From Erysipelotrichaceae bacterium (lineage in GTDB: Bacteria; Bacillota_I; Bacilli_A; Erysipelotrichales; Erysipelotrichaceae), in assembly GCA_034932685.1 (NCBI GenBank), contig JAYFOM010000008.1:70826-102825 (forward strand): 32,000 nt of DNA, written 5' to 3'. The notes below the pieces were generated by a model, which saw nothing but the letters and a program-made list of their open reading frames with translations, was not told the DNA's origin and searched no databases. The position numbers and the translations under genes were made by a program. Each line of letters starts with the position of its first letter. Position 1 is the first letter of the stretch. Below are positions 26,483-32,000 of this stretch, one piece after another.

Positions 26483-27326
26483 ATTGCACCTGATAAAGAC
26501 GAATAAAATCATTTAATACTAAGCTTTCAGCCCGTCTTTGTTTATCAATTCCAGTTTTAGCTAATAAAGCTAATACTAAGCTTTCATCGTTATAGTAAGC
26601 TTTAAGATTATTATAGATCGTCTTTCTTCTTTGACTAAAACAAGCTTTTATCAAAGTGAAAAAGATTGATTGATCTATTTTATCCTTTTGTATTCTTTTT
26701 TTAAACTGGACAACTATTGACTCAACTGCCGGTTTGGGTATAAAGACATTACTGGATACCTTCATGACAGTAGTAATTTCATATTGATACTGTAAGATAA
26801 CTGATAAAGCGTTGTAGTCTTTGGTATTAGCCTTTGCCATAAAGCGCTCAGCCATTTCTTTTTGTACCATTAAAGTCATATATTCAATATCGATATCACT
26901 TTCAATTATCTTAAAGATAATCGCAGTTGTAATGTAATAAGGAAGATTAGCAGTAATAACTACTTTATCCACTTCTTTGATCAACGCTTGATAGTAATAC
27001 TTAAGATCACAAAGCAAGAAATCCTGATTTATGATCGTAACATTATCATAACCATTTAATGTATCATCAAGCACAGTGATTAGCTTCTTATCAATCTCAA
27101 AGGCTAATACTTTCTTAGCAAGTTTCGCTAGTTGTTGCGTCAAAGCCCCAATACCAGGACCTATCTCAATTACCGCAGTATGCTCATCGATATAACTAGC
27201 TTGCGCGATTTTTGTTACAATCTTTGGTTCAATGATAAAATTCTGACCGAAACCCTTATTTGGATAAAGGTCATATTGCTTTAAGATCGCTGTTGTTTTA
27301 GCAATCGTTGCGATATCTTCATTCAT
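26472..27326 (-). CDS. rsmA: 16S rRNA (adenine1518/1519-N6)-dimethyltransferase
   Basis: GQNFI, SAM motif VIEIGPGIGALT, and NLPYYITT. It follows rnmV as in Bacillus and overlaps the rnmV stop by 8 nt. Confidence 0.92.
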   Translation of the reverse strand: MNEDIATIAKTTAILKQYDLYPNKGFGQNFIIEPKIVTKIAQASYIDEHTAVIEIGPGIGALTQQLAKLAKKVLAFEIDKKLITVLDDTLNGYDNVTIINQDFLLCDLKYYYQALIKEVDKVVITANLPYYITTAIIFKIIESDIDIEYMTLMVQKEMAERFMAKANTKDYNALSVILQYQYEITTVMKVSSNVFIPKPAVESIVVQFKKRIQKDKIDQSIFFTLIKACFSQRRKTIYNNLKAYYNDESLVLALLAKTGIDKQRRAESLVLNDFIRLYQVQYED

Positions 27327-27858
27327 TGTCTGCTCCTTGTATGATCATCATTAATGTCTTGTAATCAATATCCAACATGTTAAGACGCTTTAAAAATGTC
27401 TTACCATTACAATAACCGATATTCAAAGTTTCACTTAAGCGCTCTCTTATTTTAGTACTCTCAGTGCTACCAATCAAGTTTAATGTACGAAGTTGTTGAT
27501 AATTAATAGTATCTTCTTTGGTTTGATAACTTACGAGATTTTCAAGGGCATTTAATATATCTGCCTTACTTGCGTGCTCTACGCCAACAAATGCTTGTTT
27601 TCGGGCTTTTTTAGCATTAATGAAGGCATTCTTACAATTAGGTACTGCTTCATTGATCTTTAATCTTATATAACTACCTGGATAATCAGGATCAGTAAAG
27701 ATAATCACCCCGGTTTGTGCTTGTGCCGCTTTAATCAAAGCAAGGGTTTTCTTACTGATATGAGTACCATTAGTGATAATGTAATTAGCTTTAATGAAAC
27801 TACTAAGTCTTACCACATCGTTTTTACCTTCGACTACGATAGTCTCTTTAATTTCCAT
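27319..27858 (-). CDS. rnmV: Ribonuclease M5 (Toprim domain)
   Basis: 179 aa with IVVEGKNDVVRL and IIFTDPDYPG Toprim motifs. Conserved yabE-rnmV-ksgA position. Confidence 0.85.
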   Translation of the reverse strand: MEIKETIVVEGKNDVVRLSSFIKANYIITNGTHISKKTLALIKAAQAQTGVIIFTDPDYPGSYIRLKINEAVPNCKNAFINAKKARKQAFVGVEHASKADILNALENLVSYQTKEDTINYQQLRTLNLIGSTESTKIRERLSETLNIGYCNGKTFLKRLNMLDIDYKTLMMIIQGADNE

Positions 27859-27880
27859 AACCCAATTTTAACATACTTAT

Positions 27881-27912
27881 AAAAGAAAAAACTATCGGCA
27901 TACCGATAGTTT
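27881..27912 (-). terminator. Rho-independent terminator after the yabE-like gene
   Basis: The minus strand reads AAACTATCGG-TATG-CCGATAGTTT followed by TTTCTTTT (10-bp stem). Confidence 0.7.
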
Positions 27913-27925
27913 CTCAATTGATGTA

Positions 27926-28777
27926 CTAGTTGATCTTACAGATCCTTTGACCATTGGAATTGGTCGTTTTTGTGCCAAAGCCGATAATCGTAACTTTGGG
28001 ATTTTGTTTCCCGATCATACGAACGACATTCAGTCTTTTTTCCGAACCGACAAATAGATCTAACGTATTTTGTGGAACACCACGATCAGCAATGATCGCT
28101 TTAAATGGTACCCCTGGTTCAAGCCCCATGCCACTAAAGGTATGATTGCTTATTTCAATAATACTACAGATGGGAAGTTTAGTTGTACTTGCGACCATAT
28201 AATAACCTTCGTAAGTAATGCCTTCTTTCCATGTGCCGTCTGCTTGTCTAACGCTGGTGGTATTAAAACTAATACCGCTTGATGTGTTAGCATTGCCATT
28301 ACCATCAGGGTAACAACCGCCACAATCAGAGCCATAACGCCAAATATTGGTTGGGAAAAATACAGCGCCAAGCTCAGGTTCACCATAATATTCATAAACT
28401 GTTGGTTGAGCTTCGACGATTTCGGTAGATTCAGGTATTAACGTCTTAGATAATAGATTACCAAACATATCATAGGTTAAGCGATAATAGTTCAATTCCT
28501 TTTTAGGAGAGCCGTTACTTGTTTTATTAGCTACCCAATACAATCCGCTAGATGTGTCCTTTGGATCGCGATATATTGTTTTTTGCTTGGCTAAGACCGT
28601 TTCTTCAACAACGATCTCAAAGCTGAATGGTTCAACTGTGCTAAGCAAAGAACCGCTGGTTAATATCTGATTTGAAAGTGTTTGAAAAATGACTTTATCA
28701 TTTTCCTTCCGATTAGTACATCCAATCAAGCTTAATATTAATAGTATTACTATCAATTTCAGCCTCATTTTTTGCAT
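27926..28777 (-). CDS. YabE-like lipoprotein with a C-terminal 3D (MltA/RlpA-like double-psi beta-barrel) domain
   Basis: Signal peptide with lipobox (LILSLIGC). The C-terminal block LPICSIIEISN...AIIADRGVPQNTLDLFVGS resembles a 3D domain. It sits exactly between tatD (yabD) and rnmV (yabF), where yabE lies in B. subtilis. SD AAGGAG lies 6 nt from the ATG. Confidence 0.65.
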   Translation of the reverse strand: MQKMRLKLIVILLILSLIGCTNRKENDKVIFQTLSNQILTSGSLLSTVEPFSFEIVVEETVLAKQKTIYRDPKDTSSGLYWVANKTSNGSPKKELNYYRLTYDMFGNLLSKTLIPESTEIVEAQPTVYEYYGEPELGAVFFPTNIWRYGSDCGGCYPDGNGNANTSSGISFNTTSVRQADGTWKEGITYEGYYMVASTTKLPICSIIEISNHTFSGMGLEPGVPFKAIIADRGVPQNTLDLFVGSEKRLNVVRMIGKQNPKVTIIGFGTKTTNSNGQRICKIN

Positions 28778-28805
28778 AATTGTCTCCTTTCTTCAAGACT
28801 TGGGC

Positions 28806-28835
28806 ATTTTAGCACATGAGTTTTATGCTTGTCAA
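28806..28835 (-). promoter_or_regulatory. SigmaA-type promoter of the yabE-like gene
   Basis: Minus strand: TTGACA (28835..28830), an 18-nt spacer ending in TGc, then TAAAAT (28811..28806). It lies in the 62-nt tatD/yabE gap. Confidence 0.55.
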
Positions 28836-28839
28836 ACAT

Positions 28840-29610
28840 TTAACCAATCAGGCTTTGGTAGTTTATATGTAATTGCTTAATAAATTCAGCTTCATCAATC
28901 CCTTTTAAAGCACTAATATACTCTCCAACAAAGCGGACATAGGCTGGTTCATTGCGCTTACCACGCTTTGGAACTGGTGCCATAAAAGGAGCATCAGTTT
29001 CAATTAGTAAATCCTTGATATCAAGCTGTTTAGCAACAGCAACTGGTAATACCGCATTTTTAAAGGTAACAGGTCCTGCCAGTGATATTAAGTAACCTAA
29101 CTTAACATACTCTTTTGCCATCTCAACACTACCACTATAACAATGCATGACTCCTTTTTTAATGACGTTAGCTGCTTTAAGTGTCGTATAGGTGTCATTG
29201 GTTGCTTCACGGCTATGAACAAGTACTGGTAAATGATGTTTGTTGGCAAGTTTAAGTTGCGCATCAAATAGAGCTTGTTGTTTTACTTTATTATCTTTAC
29301 GCCAATAATAATCAAGTCCAATCTCACCCACTGCCACAAAAGCTTTAGTCGCTAATAATGTATCAAGCTTTTCTAGCATTTGCTCATCTGCCTCATCAGC
29401 ATCTTCAGGATGTATTCCTAAAGCTAAATCAACCATGTCATACTGTTTCTTTAGTTTTAAACCATAATTTACTTGATCTAGACCACATACAATCACCATA
29501 ATACGCTTAACATTAGCGTTAAGCGCATTAGTGATCACCATATCTATATCTTCTTTAAAGTTATCTTCACATAAGTGAGCGTGTGAATCAATCCAACCTA
29601 GTTCATTCAT
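28840..29610 (-). CDS. tatD: TatD-family metal-dependent DNase/hydrolase (YabD)
   Basis: 256 aa with WIDSHAHL, GEIGLDYYW, LPVLVHSREA, GVMHCYSGS, and LIETDAPF. Confidence 0.9.
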   Translation of the reverse strand: MNELGWIDSHAHLCEDNFKEDIDMVITNALNANVKRIMVIVCGLDQVNYGLKLKKQYDMVDLALGIHPEDADEADEQMLEKLDTLLATKAFVAVGEIGLDYYWRKDNKVKQQALFDAQLKLANKHHLPVLVHSREATNDTYTTLKAANVIKKGVMHCYSGSVEMAKEYVKLGYLISLAGPVTFKNAVLPVAVAKQLDIKDLLIETDAPFMAPVPKRGKRNEPAYVRFVGEYISALKGIDEAEFIKQLHINYQSLIG

Positions 29611-29611
29611 T

Positions 29612-30937
29612 TTATTTCCCCAAACAGAAGTTACTAAAGAGTGTATCTAATAAATCATCTTGACTTACTTCTCCTAATATTGATTTTAAAGCACGGTATG
29701 CATTCTCAATATCAATGAGTACAATATCAAGTTCCATCGCTGCTTTTAATGATGATAACGCTTGTATGATCGCTTCTTTAGCACTAACGGCTAAAGCGAT
29801 CTGTCTTTCGTTATTCAAGATATCTTCATTGATCAAAAGCATTTGTTTTTCAAACATTTTTTCTATTGCTTTTATCAAAGGATTAATATCATTGTTTAAA
29901 GCACTTATTGATAGTTCGTATTTTTCATCTGTTAAATCTGATTTATTATATACGATCAATTGTTTTTTATCTTTTGTCATTGCGATCAATTCTTCTTCTT
30001 CACTACTTATAGTAGCAGTAGCGTCAAGTACTATGATCACCAGTTGTGCTTCATCAATCGCTTTTTTAGTTTTATCAATACCAATCTGTTCTATGATATC
30101 TTTAGTTTCTCTAAGGCCAGCAGTATCGATAAGATCAAGCGTTATATTACTAAGTTGAATCTTACCTTCTACAAGATCTCTGGTAGTACCAGCGATCGCT
30201 GTTACGATTGCTTTATCTTCTTCAAGCAATGCATTTAATAAACTAGATTTACCAACATTAGGTTTACCAATGATCGCAGTTTTAATGCCCGTATTAATGA
30301 TACGGCCATTTTCAGCTTGCATGATAATTTGATCTAGTGCTTTTTCCCACTTAAGTAAGAAGGGTAAAACCATCTCATCTGTCATTTGTTTGATATCTTC
30401 ATATTCAGGATAATCAATATTAACCTCAATATTAGCAATAACCTCTAACATTTCCGCAATTAATGGTTCAAGTAAGCGTGCTACGCTGCCTCTAATGCCC
30501 TTTAATGCTTGTTTTGCTTGAACTGATGAATTAGCCCTAACTATATCATTAACGGCCTCAGCTTGCGCAAGATCGATTCTGCCATTAAGAAAAGCCCTTT
30601 GGGTAAACTCACCAGGAAGTGCTTGTCTAGCCCCACTGGCAAGACAAAGCGCTAAGATCTTTCTGATGATATATACACTACCATGACAATTGATCTCGAT
30701 GATATCTTCTCCGGTATACGTTTTAGGTGCTTTAAAAACACTGAGCAAAACCTCATCAATAAGTTCATTATCATGCTTTATATAACCATAGTTAATGGAA
30801 TGATCACTAAAAAGATTAATATCCTTACTAAAGATCTTGTTTACTATTGCGATGGCATCATTACCAGAAACCCTGATTATCCCAATCGCCCCTTCTTGTA
30901 AAGGTGTACTAATAGCACATATCGTATCAAAGAGCAT
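29612..30937 (-). CDS. mnmE: tRNA modification GTPase MnmE (TrmE/ThdF)
   Basis: MLFDTICAISTP N-terminus. G1 GKPNVGKSSLLNAL, G3 DTAGLR, G4 NKSD, and a C-terminal FCLGK (CxGK). Start placed at ATG 30937. Confidence 0.95.
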   Translation of the reverse strand: MLFDTICAISTPLQEGAIGIIRVSGNDAIAIVNKIFSKDINLFSDHSINYGYIKHDNELIDEVLLSVFKAPKTYTGEDIIEINCHGSVYIIRKILALCLASGARQALPGEFTQRAFLNGRIDLAQAEAVNDIVRANSSVQAKQALKGIRGSVARLLEPLIAEMLEVIANIEVNIDYPEYEDIKQMTDEMVLPFLLKWEKALDQIIMQAENGRIINTGIKTAIIGKPNVGKSSLLNALLEEDKAIVTAIAGTTRDLVEGKIQLSNITLDLIDTAGLRETKDIIEQIGIDKTKKAIDEAQLVIIVLDATATISSEEEELIAMTKDKKQLIVYNKSDLTDEKYELSISALNNDINPLIKAIEKMFEKQMLLINEDILNNERQIALAVSAKEAIIQALSSLKAAMELDIVLIDIENAYRALKSILGEVSQDDLLDTLFSNFCLGK

Positions 30938-30941
30938 ATTA

Positions 30942-31589
30942 TTACCTACCAAAGATAATATCAGTTAGCTGTTTTACTTCATCAATCAAATAAGTAGGAT
31001 TCATTGCTTTAAGTTGCTTTTTATCTCTAAATCCCCAAGCAACACTTAGGGTATCAACAGCAGCGTTTTTACCTGTCAGAATATCCACATCCGAATCACC
31101 AACATATAATACTTCTGAATTGTTAAGTTTAAAATCATCAATCATGTTCAATAAGATATTAGGATCTGGTTTTACTATTGAATCCTTATCCATTCCCAAA
31201 ACTATATCAAAAAGACCTGGGAAAAAGTGTTCAACGATCTTAATCGCAAAATTATGAGGTTTATTAGTTAATACCCCTAGTTTAATCTTTTTAGCTTTAA
31301 GTTTATTCAAGACATCACTAATACCCAAGTATTCCTTGGTGTTATCTAACATGTGGTGATGATAATAACTATCAAAAAGCTTATCCGCTACCCTAGCACC
31401 TGACTTACAACAGTCAGGTAATAGATTATCGATCATCTTTTGTTTACCATAACCAACCATCATTTTATACTTTTCAATATCATGAATTGGTAACCCCATC
31501 TCCACTAGTGCATAGTTTCCAGCTTTAGCAAGATCAGCAATTGTGTCTAATAGTGTACCATCTAAATCAAATATTACCGCTTGATACAT
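30942..31589 (-). CDS. HAD-superfamily phosphatase (phosphoglycolate phosphatase / PpaX-like)
   Basis: MYQAVIFDLDGTLLDT (motif I DxDGT), VLTNK (motif II), and YVGDSDVD (motifs III/IV). Start moved to ATG 31589, 8 nt after SD AAGGA. The ORF-track TTG at 31610 would lie upstream of the predicted transcription start. Confidence 0.8.
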   Translation of the reverse strand: MYQAVIFDLDGTLLDTIADLAKAGNYALVEMGLPIHDIEKYKMMVGYGKQKMIDNLLPDCCKSGARVADKLFDSYYHHHMLDNTKEYLGISDVLNKLKAKKIKLGVLTNKPHNFAIKIVEHFFPGLFDIVLGMDKDSIVKPDPNILLNMIDDFKLNNSEVLYVGDSDVDILTGKNAAVDTLSVAWGFRDKKQLKAMNPTYLIDEVKQLTDIIFGR

Positions 31590-31611
31590 ATATACCATCC
31601 TTAATACCAAG

Positions 31612-31640
31612 ATTATACTTTATTCATGATTACATGACAA
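31612..31640 (-). promoter_or_regulatory. SigmaA-type promoter of the HAD-mnmE-tatD operon
   Basis: Minus strand: TTGTCA (31640..31635), a 17-nt spacer, then TATAAT (31617..31612). Confidence 0.6.
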
Positions 31641-31756
31641 ATATCTTGATTCAGCCAATATTCAACTGTGTAGTTATTTTTGAAAAACACTATTCTTTAC
31701 ACAAATGTAATTATTTATAACTTTTGAGATATTTCTTGTTTAAGCGGTATATATAT

Positions 31757-31885
31757 GTGAGGGAAGGTTGTTTGGCTAATACTCTAACCACATTTAAATA
31801 TATGAATAACTCACTTTCTAAAGCTCTCATATTAAGGTTAGTACGGATAATATCAATCTTAGCAACTACAAACAACTTTCCCCAC
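31757..31885 (+). repeat. ~129-bp imperfect inverted repeat forming an extended hairpin (candidate small RNA or MITE-like element)
   Basis: GTGAGGGAAGGTTGTTTG (31757-31774) pairs with CAAACAACTTTCCCCAC (31869-31885): 17 bp with one bulge and one G-T pair. Pairing continues inward with GCTAA/TTAGC and TACT..AACC/GGTTAGTA. The element lies in a 390-bp ORF-free region. The strand assignment is tentative. Confidence 0.4.
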
Positions 31886-32000
31886 TACTTACCATAAAGA
31901 ATGATCAATCCACATATACTTTATTCACGCCTATTCTTCTAGTATGTACTTAAGTCATATTCAATATTGTTTTTTTCACAAAAAGTTCTTAGCGCTGCAC

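Noticed and set aside
507-30901. Twenty-two short ORFs (60-147 aa) in the six-frame track that lie mostly or entirely inside larger genes: 507-695, 1193-1588, 2230-2421, 2487-2699, 2703-2984, 4045-4410, 5701-5952, 6308-6610, 8054-8266, 9315-9572, 12769-12951, 13502-13741, 24194-24385, 24243-24452, 25446-25643, 27954-28145, 28070-28282, 28150-28395, 28689-28880, 29715-30158, 29960-30238, 30683-30901.
   Set aside because: Each overlaps, wholly or largely, a confidently identified gene, either on the opposite strand or in another frame. Their translations are low-complexity and rich in Ile, Phe, Ser and Cys, with no SD and no recognisable motif. Shadow ORFs of this kind are typical of AT-rich DNA.
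31802-31897. A 31-aa ORF (MNNSLSKALILRLVRIISILATTNNFPHYLP) inside the hairpin element, considered as a type I toxin.
   Set aside because: There is no Shine-Dalgarno sequence upstream, whereas real genes in this window all have strong ones. The hydrophobic stretch is interrupted by two Arg residues. It is kept only as an alternative hypothesis under the hairpin finding.
31611-32000. Possibility that the gene-free region next to mnmE is oriC or a DnaA-box cluster.
   Set aside because: I found only two degenerate 7/9 matches to TTATCCACA (CTAACCACA near 31784 and CAATCCACA near 31906). There is no dnaA, dnaN or rpmH nearby and no clear box cluster.
1-32000. Scan for rRNA, tRNA, CRISPR arrays, transposases, integrases, prophage genes or defence systems.
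   Set aside because: None seen. Apart from the final 390 bp, every intergenic gap is shorter than about 140 nt. I saw no regularly spaced direct repeats and no recombinase, RT, Cas or restriction-type motifs.

Overview
AT-rich (about one-third GC by eye) chromosomal segment from a walled, low-GC Firmicute (Bacillota), possibly Erysipelotrichia- or Bacilli-like. The standard genetic code applies, because TGA terminates yycJ, yybS, yhfC-like and addB. I call 31 protein-coding genes, tightly packed with many 1-20 nt start/stop overlaps, and almost all are core housekeeping.

Gene order:
- Minus strand, 1-9664: htrA (partial), yycJ, M23/LysM/G5 peptidase, dnaB, rplI, gdpP, yybS, rpsR, ssb, rpsF, GrpB, NUDIX.
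- Plus strand, 9801-14775: metG, gltX, S66 (LdcA/MccF-family) peptidase, 85-aa DAK2-associated-like mini-protein.
- Mixed, 14801-17477: DUF3887-like lipoprotein and YhfC-type CPBP protease (-), yigZ (+), an orphan of about 275-289 aa (-).
- Plus strand, 17611-23281: addB, addA.
- Minus strand, 23271-31589: prs, glmU, ispE, rsmA, rnmV, yabE-like 3D lipoprotein, tatD, mnmE, HAD phosphatase.

The two minus-strand blocks match the origin-proximal Bacillus arrangements rpsF-ssb-rpsR...yybS-yybT-rplI-dnaC...yycJ-htrC and yabD-yabE-rnmV-ksgA...ispE...gcaD-prs. Here they lack the sporulation genes and walRK.

I found no rRNA, tRNA, CRISPR array, transposase, integrase or recognisable defence island, and no convincing new multi-gene system. 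The items most worth a second look are:
1. A ~129-nt rod-like hairpin or inverted-repeat element in the 390-bp gene-free region at the 3' end of the window, flanked at a distance by a 13-bp direct repeat.
2. A translationally coupled metG-gltX-S66 peptidase operon, which could link aaRS genes to an MccF-type detoxifier.
3. A MetRS with KASSS in place of KMSKS and a ~70-aa insertion.
4. An orphan ORF transcribed divergently from addBA.

All calls rest on motif recognition and synteny from memory. No database search was run.
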